Shown here one piece after another: positions 48,231-60,600 of a stretch of 64,000 bases of DNA; within the stretch, counting starts at the first letter, position 1; every line of letters starts with the position of its first letter. A model generated the notes under the pieces. It searched no databases. It saw nothing but the letters and a program-made list of their open reading frames with translations, and was not told the origin of the DNA. The position numbers were made by a program, and so were the translations under genes. Source of the stretch: Glaucostegus cemiculus (taxonomy: Eukaryota); contig CDPCPM010000239.1 of NCBI GenBank assembly GCA_976551045.1, positions 5,456,001 through 5,520,000 of the forward strand. Direction: 5' to 3'.

Positions 48231-50379
48231 TTTGTTTTAAATTTCGGCTGCAGGAAGAAATACACATATTGTCTCAGATAATTTTTTGTTGACGTAATTA
48301 ATGCTGCACATAAATGGGGAACATTATTCATGAAATAATCCCAGGGAATTAACTGGAGACTGATAATCACAGAATAAAATTAATGTTCCTTTTTGATGTG
48401 TTTTGCTGCTGATACATGAATATTTATTCTCAAAATTATTCTTTCATCTGAGGGTGGGTGGCATACAAGTTAACTATGAATGGTTGTTGAACCCTAAAGT
48501 GTAACAAAAATGTATTAACATCAGTAGACATACTCATTAGCCGTGAGTGCTTCAATGACCTTGCCACTGTAACTATATGTGCTCAATAGAAATCTTTCAA
48601 GCAGGTCAGATAAGCAGCTCCACCCATTTAATTCCAACAATGATAGCCAGCAGTGCTCACAGTTTGAAGATTAATAAAGAAAACAGTTAACAGAAATTAC
48701 AAAAGAACATGAATGTTTACCCACTGTGTGTGTTTTTTTAAAGAAGACATTAAATATAGAGGATCAGCAACAAGGATGACAGTCATTGCTTTTTTTAAAA
48801 ATCTGAACTACTACATATTAAATTTTCCAGTGCACATTTTGTCACACACTCTGTTACAATTCAAATGACTCAAGGAAAGTTATAATGGGGTCTTTGTCTT
48901 CAGCTGACATCTATAACAAATGCATTGGTCAAAACTTTTGCAGCTTATTAAGCCTTTGATAATCAATTTCATTTTCAATTACCAAACATGGTACATGTTG
49001 TATGTAATACAGAACATCATCTTCCATGTGGTTTCAGAGCAGAAACGTGAGTGGCATATTTGGACCCAGTGCATAAACAAGTAGAAGGTTTGCACTGGTA
49101 CAAGCCAAAGCAGTGAATTTACTTGGGAAGGAGGGCACATGAATTTCTGCAGTACTCCCCATGTCCACTTTGGGCTAAAAGAATATATGTTGCATTATCA
49201 GCTGAAAACTTCACGTGCAGTCCCCTCCATAACATTTTGTTGCTCTTCTTATCTCCATCCACACAACTCCTCTGTGTTTTCTTCCTAATGTTCACACATC
49301 ATTGTTAAAGGACACTCTGGTTCCATTGCTCCTTTCGATCCCAAATTATTCAAAGCCCTTAATATGCACCATCAGCTCACACTTAAAACAAGTCACAGGG
49401 CTAAACCTTTCTGAGGTTCCTGTGACTTACTACTCAGTGTAAATGGCATGACAAGGGAGAGTTGATGAGCATGTGCGAGGGAGAAACGAGGAAATAAGGA
49501 AAGGGGGAATGGGACCAATGGGATTGCTGCGCCGGCAGCCATTGTGGATCTAATGGGCCCCTTTTGTGCCATTTGGAGTATAAAACATGAGATATAATAA
49601 TTCTGCTTGGACATGCAGAAAGCTTAAGTCGGCATTATGTTTGACCCAGGCATTGTGGGCCAAAGGGCCTGTTCCTCTACTGTCCTATTCTATATTCTAT
49701 GAGACATAAGGCTGATACAAACAATACTTTAAAATCCTTGATTAATGCTTGGTAACAAAATAATGGTGAGTTTTCTGATGCTCACCATTATAATGTGTAA
49801 ATCCTAAATGGTGAGGATGAGATGTTCCATGAATTACAAATCATCATGAATTTGCTCAGAGATTTGCTCTGCCATATTTTTTCTCCCTAAAGTAACAGTT
49901 CAGCCTCAACATCCCCATGAGTGTTTTGAAATTGCTGCATTCATGGCCAATTAAACACTGGAGAAAGTTAGGACTGGTAATTAAAATTATAAGCACCTTT
50001 ATAATGAAGAGATTTATGTTGCTGCAGTGCCACTCAACCTTTCCAGTCCTGACAGGTTACCGCGCAAAGTGTAGAGTTACATCGCTTCATTAAATTGCTC
50101 TCAGAGACTTGCAACATTCATTTCTCTTTCTCTATTTTCCCTTCTCCAGTGTTTCCCATCTCCTTCACCTTCCCCTTAACTCGAATTCACACATCTTTCC
50201 CATTGTTTTTTCATCTCCTTCTCAATACTTAAATTTCATTGGTAAAAGACAAGAGACCTCTGATCACTTCATTTCATTCATTCCCAGGTTGTCGGTTGCC
50301 CCAACCAGACCATTTTCAGCTCAGACTTCCCACAAGCTGCAGAGCAAAACATCTTCAAGATGAAGAACAACAGGAAATT

Positions 50380-51275
50380 TTATAGGCTACACTGTTTGAA
50401 GCCTTCTCGAGCAAATGTAGAGCCATTGCATTAACGTGAACAGGATGCACACTGTGCAAGCACTGGGTGAGTGTCTTGTTCTCATACAAAACAGGAAGAT
50501 CGAAGCTTAAATGTCTAAAGCTGAGGTGTCGTGAGCTACTGTAGACTTCGAAAAGATATAAACTAAGCAGTGGAATGTGTGCACATGTGGCAGATGAAAT
50601 TTCACTAAGAAAATTTAATATTACATTTTGGTAGGAAGAGCAGCGAGAGGAAATATAAACAAGAGGGCACAATTCCAGAATGGGTAGAGTGAGAGCTGGG
50701 GGAACATATGTGCTTGAGCCACTAGGAGTGTTCTGGCATGTTAAAAAAAGCAGTCAGAAATATGGGTTTTATAAATAAAAGCATCGAGTACAGAGCAAGT
50801 CAGGACAAACCTTGATAAAATAGTGCTCAGCTGCAATAAGAGTATTGTGAGCAGTTTTGGATAAAACGCTTAAAGGGAAGGTATGAAGATCCTTGCAAGA
50901 GTGCAGAAGTGATGTACCAGAATGATTCCAGAGATGAAGAAGTTTAATGGATAGACTGGAGAAGCTGAAGTTCTTCTCCTTGGTACTTAAAACTGTGAAG
51001 AGTTGAGATGGCATTGGTAAAGTGTTTAGTCAGACAAGCTGTTCCTATTAGCCAAAAATCAGAGGACAAAGAATGAAGGAGAGTATCAAAAGAATCAAAA
51101 AGGAAACAGAATCTCTTTTTTTTACACAGCAAAATGTAAAGACAGGGGTGGAGGGGTATGTGTTGTGAAGATACTATCAGGGCTTGCAACAAGTTATTGG
51201 ATAAGTACTTGAAAGAAAAAAGATTGCAAGGCAAGATAGAAAGGGTAACAGAAAGGGAATTACAGAAGCTGGACA
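50380..51275 (+). mobile_element. Heavily decayed CR1 LINE (RT to 3' end)
   Basis: Colinear remnants are 'tggcagatgaaattt' (WQMKF), 'gagtattgtgagcagttttgg' (EYCxQFW), 'gagtgcagaagtgatgtaccagaatgattcca' (VQRRFTRMIP) and 'ttttacacagc'. Confidence 0.7.
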
Positions 51276-51375
51276 ACTGAAAACAGAAGCAGAAAATGCT
51301 GGACAGAGGGTCTTTGACCTGAAACATTAACTCTGTTTCTCTTTCCACAGTTTTCAGCATTTCCTGCTTTTGTTC
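51275..51375. mobile_element. Palindromic Penelope-like element, partial
   Basis: 'cagaaaatgctgg...gggtctttgacctgaaacattaactctgtttctctttccacag...cagcattttcctg'. Confidence 0.65.
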
Positions 51376-51949
51376 ACAAGTTTTTATCCTGACATGTTAT
51401 TGCAATGCCTTCAAGAAAAAAGTTAAAATTAATAAAGTGCATTTTGTGAAAAAGAAATCAGCAGTAGAGATGCATTTCTGTTTGTAGTACAAAAAGCAAA
51501 TTATCAGATTAGGTATCTGCAATATACAGAGTCTAATATTCAGTACTATTGCATTCAGATCTGATACCATCCATTTTGTTCCACAGCCTGAAGCAAGATT
51601 TTACCCCGCATTATCTTCAAAAGGGCTCTCTAACAAGTTTCAAAAGATTGATTCAGATCCAAAGAAACCTGTGTAGTTGGGTTATGACCTTGCTCTCACA
51701 GGTGAATGGTGGAATTTCATCTCTTCACACAAATAATTTTGTAGCTTTACATACTCATCACACAAGCATTAGGGATAAACCCGGTGCCGTTCAGGGACAG
51801 TGAGCTGACAGAACCAGGACAGGCTCAATGGGGCCAAATGGTCTCCTTCTATGTCATAATGAGAAAGAAAATATAACATGAAATCTGAAATAATGGCTGG
51901 TGGGTAGGGAGAAGGTATAATATCCTACAGTGTGTCAAGTAGAGAGGGT

Positions 51950-52160
51950 AGAGCCAAAAACATGCAGATTGTTAGGTTAACTGCCCACTGTAAATTGCCC
52001 CTTGTGTGAAGATGAGTGGTGAAATCTGAGGGGAGTTGATGGCGGGAGGTGAAGAATGAAATGGATTAGGCTAGAATCAGTGTTAAATTGGGTACTTAAT
52101 GGTCAGCATGGACTCAATGGGCCAAAGGGCCTTTTTCTACACTGGATCTCTTTACGAATC
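51950..52160 (+). mobile_element. 3' half of an HE1-like SINE
   Basis: 'gttaggttaactgcccactgtaaattgcccctt...atggtcagcatggactcaatgggccaaagggcct'. Confidence 0.7.
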
Positions 52161-52169
52161 CATGATCTT

Positions 52170-52295
52170 TTCCTGGTTCTGATGAAAGGTCATCAGCCTG
52201 ATGTGTAATTTCTATTTCACTCCACACAGATGCCTGATCTATTATTTCCAACATTAAAAAAAAATATTTTAGATTTCCAGCATTAGTTTTTGCTT
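52170..52295 (+). mobile_element. Penelope-like element arm
   Basis: 'ttctgatgaaaggtcatcagcctga...cacagatgcctgatc...tttccaaca...tagatttccagcat'. Confidence 0.6.
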
Positions 52296-52509
52296 TCCAT
52301 TTTCTTACCTGTGTTTGCCACACAAACATGCTTTTGACATTTTGGAACAGTGATACTTCCTCCATTTCACGGATGTTTACCTCAGTGTTGAAGTAGAAAG
52401 GTTTTGAGGACATAGAGGACAGAGTGTAAGTTAGGGCAAAATACAATAGCAGCAGAGTTGTCTGGGATTTTACAGTAATAATGTTAGCAAAACTGTCAGC
52501 AATTTGTGG

Positions 52510-52630
52510 TTTGGTGCACTGGAAGTGTGGCGACACTTGTGGGCTGCCCCCAGAACACTACGCAAAAGATTCATTTCACTGTGTGTTTCGATGTATGCGT
52601 GACTAATAAAGATATCTTATCTTATCTTAT
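52510..52630 (+). mobile_element. 3' fragment of the V-SINE family seen at 35958-36248
   Basis: It is near-identical: 'gacacttgtgggctgcccccagaacac...cgcaaaagat...tttcactgtgtgtttc...gactaataaagatatctta' with a (tctta)n tail. Confidence 0.88.
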
Positions 52631-53242
52631 TGGCACAGTCCTACAGGAAAATCCCAAAGTTGCTGTGAGTGATTCAGTGTGGCTTCATTGGCTCTGTTCC
52701 TTTGTAGCCTACTCCGGCGTAGCCATGGGAAATCAGTGAATTGATGAGAACATCAGGTTGTTCTCACAAATCAATCCCTCTGAAACATACCTTGAAAATT
52801 TTATGCTTTGTTGCATGAGACATAACCTGAATTTTCAATGGTGTAATAATTGATAATTACTGCTTAGCATAGTCCCTGGCACTGAAAACCTAATTGCTAA
52901 GTGTCTGGTTTGGAATTTTCTCAAATGCTTCAGAATGTGATTTTTTTAAAGTTTATTTTATTTGTGATGTTCAGCAGCTACCATAATCTTCAATATATGT
53001 TCCTTCTTCATGCTCTGTAGAATGTTAAATCATGTTAAAAGTTACGTCTTCTAAGCACATGATTTTGATGGTTTGCCATCTGCAAAAGCTCTTCAAACTA
53101 GTGCAGCGTTTGACCAGCTTGATGACATCATAACTTTTTCCGGACAACCTTTGAACTAAAATGTAACAGCAATTGAACTGGTTACAGGAATGTCCACATC
53201 ACAGTGGTTGCTATATCTTTGTGCATATTTTTCTTTGAGGTC

Positions 53243-53420
53243 AAAATCAAAGTCAAAGTTGAGTTTGTTGTCATGTGCACAAATACATGTCTACACAGGT
53301 GCAATGAAAAACATACTTGCAGCCGCAACTCAGGCACACAGCATCAGATGAACAGCATTCACAAGAAAAACATAAATTAGACATAAATTATGTTAAATTT
53401 TTACAAGGAAGAACACAAGA
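53243..53420 (-). mobile_element. Rex1-type 3' UTR and tail fragment
   Basis: 'aaagtcaaagttgagtttgttgtcatgtgcac...ggtgcaatgaaaaacatacttgcagc' is the reverse complement of a 'tttcattgcacc...tgacaataaac' type tail. Confidence 0.6.
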
Positions 53421-56400
53421 AAGGTCAATGTTGAGGGCTGTTGATTCATCACTGACCACAAAATCGAGGAAAGTTAGAAGCTTTGCTGTTGTTATTATTC
53501 TGCATCATGTGTCTGTTACTCATATTTTCTATGCATGGATGTAAAACCTCCTCCAAGAATAATGAACGTAACCAGGAGACACCAGTAAGTATCTCGGAAG
53601 GGTTTCTCCTTTAAATTTATTGAATTCATTGTGGAACATTCTGTTGTGTCTTCTGAACCAGTCATTTAGAATTCAAAAGCAGTGAGAATGGAACATGTGT
53701 GATGCTATTCATCAGTGATGAGTGTTCCACAATACCATGATGCCACAGTAAAACAACTTAATATTACAGTGACATCTAAGGGAGAAGGTTCAAATGAATT
53801 TAATGACCATACCTCTCCTGCCACACCACCATTTTGAAGGGCAGAGTTTACTATCTTTAATGTTATGCATTCAATTATATTGTTGTAAAACATGTATAGT
53901 TTGCCATCTGTGAACCACCTTGAAGACAATGTACCTGTTGCTAGGTACCCCCTTGAACTGATACCTATCAGTAACTGAATTATTAAGATAAACTGAATGA
54001 AAAGGCAAGTTCCTGCATTTCATCTCCAAAACATTCAGTGTTTCCATTGCTGAAAACATTATGTCCACCACAGGTAATGTCATTGTTCAAACATACATAA
54101 ACTAAATGTTGTAACTGCATTTACTGTACAAGTAATACAATTCATTCTTGTTTGGCAGGTGACCCAGTGGGAGTGAGGCAGAGTTAATGGAACAGGGTTA
54201 TTTACTGGCTTTCAAAACATAGTTCCTGTGAGAAACACTGTTCCGTAGATTTAGCGAAGTGTGGTAGGGAGCCTCAATAGTGTGACAATGCCATCTAATT
54301 TTGCAAAAAAAGCAAATCCCCTTTAAGTGAAACCAATTTTTCTGTTTAATAAATAGCATTGACTGCCTAGACTCCAGCTAAAAGTAATTCCACAATCGAT
54401 AATTAGCTGATGTAATTTTGCTTTGCATTATTTGAAGCAATAATGTCATCAGCTCCTTTAAATAAGTGCCATTAATCAGATCTGTCTGTACTTGCTTCAT
54501 CATCCTGCTTCAATTAGCTTGCAATTAGGATAGGCCAAGGAAGAATGCATTGGCATCCAGTCCAAATATTTCAGTGAAAGCTTGTCTGTCTTTCACTGTT
54601 CCTTTTTTTAGCTCTACTACATGAAGCAAATAAAATCCATTAGATTTATGGATTTTGCATTTTGCAAAGCTGGGTTGTGTGCAAATACAAGTTTATACAT
54701 CCCACTGGGCATCTGCACCTCTGGTTTATAGCTGATTTTCTCAGCTCTCTTGTGCTCGACATGGCACTAAGCTATTGTATTAGTGTCTTAAACAATAAGG
54801 AATGGCTCAATAAAAAAATAGAAACATGACACTCCAATCAGACAAATTGATCTTTTAATAAATTACTTCAAGTATTTGTTCCAGGCGTATTGGTAAATAA
54901 TATCTGCTGTGTGGAGCATCAATTCATGAAAAAAAAACTGCATGCTCAATTCACCTAATGTTTTAAATCTGCCAGGACCTTCACAGCACCACCAGATCCA
55001 AGGCAATTAAATCATGCAATTTCCATACAGAAGCAATTTTGCTGGGACTGCACCATTTAACATCAATGCTGCAACATTGCCAACAATCCCAATAATGAGG
55101 TTGTTACTTGCTATTTATCAAACTGGTCAACTGAGCACACTCTCTAACAAGAGCACGGAAACATCAAACATACAAGGAAACATGTTTCCTTTACTTAAAA
55201 TAAAACATAATGAGTGGGATTTAACAGACCATAAAACTATTTATCACCAATAATTTTGTTATCCTTTATTTCATCGAATCATTAGAAGTAAAATTTGAAG
55301 CATCTTATTTGGTAAACACACACGCATTTCAAAACATTGCAGAGCAGCACTGTAGCTACCTCGAATACTGCCCGTAGTAAATATGTTGGCTGTACATTAC
55401 AAAGTGTGTGGCGAACGGAAGAATCATCACTGTTTTGCTTCCGAAATGTTGGAATGATTTATGACAGGAACTGAAAATCTAGTTTGCTCTGGTGGCTAGA
55501 TAAGATTCGGGGACCAGCCATGATTAGTTTAGTTGTGTTCATTTGACTACAGTCATCAAAAGCTGGGCACCATTACTTTGTAAAATAAGTCAGTCACATT
55601 TTGTTCTGACAGCTACTACAGGCTTGCCAAGATTTTGATGACAGAGCTTATTTGGAACATTCACTCCTTTGGCACAGAATGCAGAAAATACATACATGCA
55701 GAAAAGATTTTGCGCTTCATTTTATAAGTGATGATAAACAGTACTTGACAATGGAAAGTGACACTATGGGATAGAGATGATTTGGAATTTGTACAAAATA
55801 AAAAAAACACAATAAAAGGAATAGCAAATAAGTGGACATCAGTTTATTTATCAATGCATCCTTCATAGTTTTCTGGTGGATATTTCCCCCCAAGAGGTTT
55901 CAATGAACTTTGCCTCGAAATTTATTGGGAACTCCAATGGTGCAAAAATTGACAGCCAGTGATGCACCAACAACAACTGTTTTGGTCACAAGCAGGGAAA
56001 TTCAGGAATACTTGAAGGCTAAAACACCAGGTGCTATTGAACCTCAAGATAGGAAAGGACTTTCTTTGACAAGGGAAAACAGGTGTGTCCTGCCCCAGAT
56101 CCGACGGGATAGAAGGTGAGAGTAGCTGGGTGTGCAGATGTTGGTTCCAGATTGGAAGAGTGCAGGGATGGTGAGGTCTGGGCAATGACTGAATGCTGGT
56201 GATCACTGGTCACCAGGGATTCTGTGTTGGGGTAGGGGGTGTGGGGTCAGGCTGTGGCTTACAGTGGGTGGCTAGTTTATGTGGTCGGTGTTGGGTGATT
56301 GGTGCAATGGGGCGTTAAATGATCCATGGGTGGACTGTCAGGTAGTTGGAGTGTGGTGTTGAAGGGGTGGCAATATTGGGTGTTTTGCACATGGAGTAGA

Positions 56401-56724
56401 GAGGTGGTTGAATAAACATGTTATCAGTAGACAAGGGTTTGTGTGCAGTGAAGGTTGGTAGTTGGATGAATGGAAAGGTTAGATGATTGATTGAGGGAAG
56501 CAGGTATCAGGCATGGGCATGGTATCTGAGGATCAGTACTGTGGGTGAGAGCAGAGGGAGCAGTCAGTGGGAGATATTCATGTCGGAGAGTTGGTGCAAC
56601 AGCAACTTAAAGGGGACTTGCCTGAATTAGCTGTCAGTCACTTTCTTCGTGCCTGGCAGAGAACAACTTAGGGAGGCCCCTTTAAATTGCACAGATGTAG
56701 TGCAAGAAGATCCTTGAAAATCAA

Positions 56725-56910
56725 AACACCACAGATGCTGGAAATGCAAAATAAAAACAGAAGTGCTGGAAGCACTCAGCAGATCAGACAACATCTGTGC
56801 AAAGAGAAACAGAGCCAACGATTCAGGTCAGAGGTTTTCAGTTTAAAACATTTGCTCAGTTTCTCTTTCTTTAGATGCTGCCTGACCTACTGAATGTTTC
56901 TTGTGATTTT
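56725..56910. mobile_element. Palindromic Penelope-like element
   Basis: 'cagatgctggaaatgcaaaataaaaacagaagtgctggaagcactcagcagatcagacaacatct' pairs with 'agatgctgcctgacctactga'. Confidence 0.7.
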
Positions 56911-57289
56911 TGCCTTAAATCAAGCTCTATGGAAACTTAGTTCACTTGTGATTCTCAACAAATGACATGCTTTGAACCAGCCGAACCTAAACTCTCCCTG
57001 AATATCTCTAGACCGGCATTGTACTTGGAATGACATCATTGCACATGTGCTTGACATGGGAAGTGACTGAATTACACAGGCAGGATTTGTGACAAGAAGC
57101 ACATGAGTGAATTTTTGGTGTTGCACAATTCAATGTGGAAACTGATGGTTCACTGAATGATACAGTGCAATGCAACCAGAAGTTTAGGTGCTGTGTTTTA
57201 TTGAAGAGTTTGGACACTCTTAGTACTTAACAGCTCCTGAGATATCTTTGAAGTATGTTGTCATTGTGGTATGACCATCAGTAATATCA

Positions 57290-57670
57290 GGGAGTGGTAG
57301 TATGGTGCACATGTTATAGATTATACTTCATCTGCACCATGAATGATCCAAAGATGCAAATTCGAATCTCATCATAGCATCTGGGAAATTTAATCTGAAA
57401 TTAGAAAAAGCAGTTCCAGCAACGGCGACCGTGAAACTGTCAGACGATGGTTAAAAACACACCTTCTTCACTAATATCCTGTAAGAAAGGAACCTAACCT
57501 CCTTGCCAGGTCTGACTTTATGTGATTCCAGGCATACAACATTGTGTCTGACTCTTATCTATCCTCTAAAATGGAAGAGCAAACATATCGATTCAGGGGC
57601 AATTCAGGATGGGCAATAAAAGGTGACCATGCTCATACTCCAGAGTTGCTTGCATGAATGAAATAAAATG
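57290..57670 (+). mobile_element. tRNA-derived SINE with a LINE-derived tail
   Basis: B-box remnant 'ttcgaatc', body 'gaccgtgaaactgtc...ttcactaatatcc...ggtctgac...gactctta', and tail 'ggcaattcaggatgggcaataaa' shared with 44060-44120. Confidence 0.7.
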
Positions 57671-60600
57671 AAATGATATCTGAGCAGGTTTTGGAGGCAC
57701 AGTCTGAGGGTTAACTATTGTGCATGGCAACTTGCCTCTTCTTTGAATTACACTTCAACTGAATAGGAAGGTTCAACTTTCCGATGGTTTAACCATTCTT
57801 CTGGAAGCAAAATCCCTTACAAAGGCATAACAGTATTTGCCTCCAGTCACTGAAAATTGCCTCTCAACCACAACATACCATTGGGACAAAGTTTGTTCAT
57901 TGTATTTTGGGGGTGGATTGGGTGGAGTGGCATAAAAATCGTAATTTCTAAGTAGTTATAGCCCTGATGTGTACCACTTTAAGAAAGAAACAAAACAAAA
58001 CTCCTTGGCAAAGCTTCACTTGATGCCTTAGAATTGGTGACAGAAATTGGAAGTAATATATAATGACAATGAAGTGACTAAAATACAAAATTCCAGGTGA
58101 ATTTTGATGCACATCGTGTTCGCTTCATATTCTTCCTTACCTTTATGCTATAAGATTAGAGATTCTATGAGCATTAACTGTACTGTTCATGAATCTCAAT
58201 GTAGACAGACCATAAATGATTGGGTGGAAGTATCATCAATTTATATGGTGGCTATATGTAGTCACATTTATGGGAGCCAGCACAACGCAATATATGTATT
58301 TCTGGTGCTTGAGCCAACATTTCATTTCCTTGTCAGAAACACATGACCTATCGCAGCTGCACATTATCAATCAATTCATAAAGTCTTTATTGGTAACCAG
58401 CAGAGAAACTTCTGCCTGTGGAACCATTTCCCAACCCTTGTGCTTCAACAATCACTCTATCCATTGTAATGTAACAATTAGTTACCTTGACGGGTTTGTG
58501 GTAAAGAAACTACCTGGAGTGACACAGAATCATACAAATGAGCAAGGCCTTAGTCGTTAGTAGGCTCTGTTGGGCAGTAATGGGATGCTATAAATAACAT
58601 CAGCATGACCAGGCTAGATTAAAAAAAAGCCAGTATATCTGTAGCTGGCTGCAGGCCAGTCATTCCTGTCGAGAGTACATGCATACATAAGTTCGGCAAA
58701 GCATTGACTTTAGTTGTTAATTCTCCACTATTTAACTGGACCACCAATACATATGGTGTGGAGTCACTGGCCATGACTGCCAGAATGTGTAAGATGCAAG
58801 GAAGACTGTTGTCTTCTTTGCCTCTGAGCACAAGAACAACAAAAAAACAGGAGAAGGAATAGGCCACCTGCACTGCAGTTCCAGAAAAGGAGGGAAATGA
58901 ACTACAAATGCAGGGAGAGAAAAAATCTTCTTGTGAGATTGCTGAGGGCCTGTTTTCCTGCTCATGGCCCCTCACAAGTTATTCACAGTGCTTAAACTAT
59001 GGTGTGGATTGTCATCTGATCTGAAATTCCTCTCTGCTATTTTTGGAGAAAGTTGATCCCATTTAAGGTAAATTGGCAAAGATTTTAATGAAATAGTTGA
59101 AAGATAATTGAGACAAATATGTTTTTGTTGCATCCCACAGCATCCCAAGACTCTTCCTTTTTTATCCTCACAGCAACTACCACAGCACAGTAAAATTGCA
59201 GTCTTCCAGATAATCTTTTTACAGCAATGCAAAAGCTTTATAATAACTTAAAACTCTGCCAGTAGAGGTAACTTTAAGTGCACAACTATATGAGTAATAT
59301 CTGAAATGGATAGTAAAAGTTGCCAACACTCCATCATTCTGACAATTGAACAATATGGTTGTCACATCTGTGTCAACAAAGAAAGGGAAAAGTTAAAATT
59401 ATCATACCTGTGGTGGTCAAACTTATCTTTGACCTTCCAAGTACCAGGCATTTAACTTTGTCAGCAGGGACATGTTACAATTTTAGAAACTATTTCGGAT
59501 GAGCATTTGGTGCAGCAGTATCACCCAAGTCATTATTTAAGCTTGACTTGGTGCAAGAACAATCTTCCTTACATATTCAAAGCCCTATTTAGGTTTCAAG
59601 GTGCAAAGTCACTCACGGAAAACAAGTCTGCAACTGAGATATGAATGGGATTATTGTTTTGCACCTGCAGAGATAAGGTTTTATCTGTACTGCTACCTCT
59701 TTATATGAAAGTAATATAGGAAATGGCAACATGTGGAAGTTGCATCTTGTAGCAGACATAATATGTGCAACAAGAATGGCTAAGGTACAAATTGCTTCTG
59801 TCCACTAATCCAATTTGTATTTCATCTTGACCACATGTAGAGCTCAGTATTTGCTTATTTTTTTCCAAACAAAGGAAAATATTGGTTCATCTTCATAAAA
59901 TTTGCTGGCTGCAAAAAAGACTTTTGGATGAGGTTCAGGAGGATAATAGTTTACAATCACCATGAGGCCCATCGGTGCAGTGTAGAAGGTGTAGTACTTA
60001 ATTTGACTGCTTGATTCAATCAGGGGGCTTTGTGGTTGCAAAAATGGCTCAAAGGAGGAGAGAAAAGGCAAAGGGAACATTCACAATGACCTGAGAGAAA
60101 TGCCTTTCAACTCCAATTTTTGCATGGACCATGGATATCCATAGGTAAAATGTCCATCCAAAAATATGAACCAAAATTGAAGCTTGGACCTACTGAGTAT
60201 AAAGTAACGCTGAGAAGAGGGAAGGGAGAATGGACTAGATGGATGTTCAAGGCAAAGCAAGCAGCAGAGATGAAGTTTGCTTGTAGCTAATAGGCTAAAG
60301 CTTTTCCTATACTCATAGCTGAAATGCCCAACCTACAAGATGTAAATTAAAACTGATAAATCAGATGGGGTATAAACTGTTGCAAATTATTTCAAAAGGA
60401 ATTTGAATTTAGAAAACTAATGCTGAGCAAACATTCTTTTTTTCAATGCTTCTAGTTCTTGCTTAAACACTCCTGCTAATGCTGTGACTTTTAGTAAAGA
60501 ACATAGGCCTGGAAATTCATCTGCACTGTCATGAACTGGATGGTGCACCAGCAAATGTAGTGTGCCTATTGCTTAAAATATCAGTTGTGGCAGGGACCAA

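Noticed and set aside
59844-60080. 78-aa minus-strand ORF with a pyrimidine tract ending in AG near its 5' end
   Set aside because: No donor site is evident before the stop and the peptide is unrecognised, so it cannot be supported as an exon.
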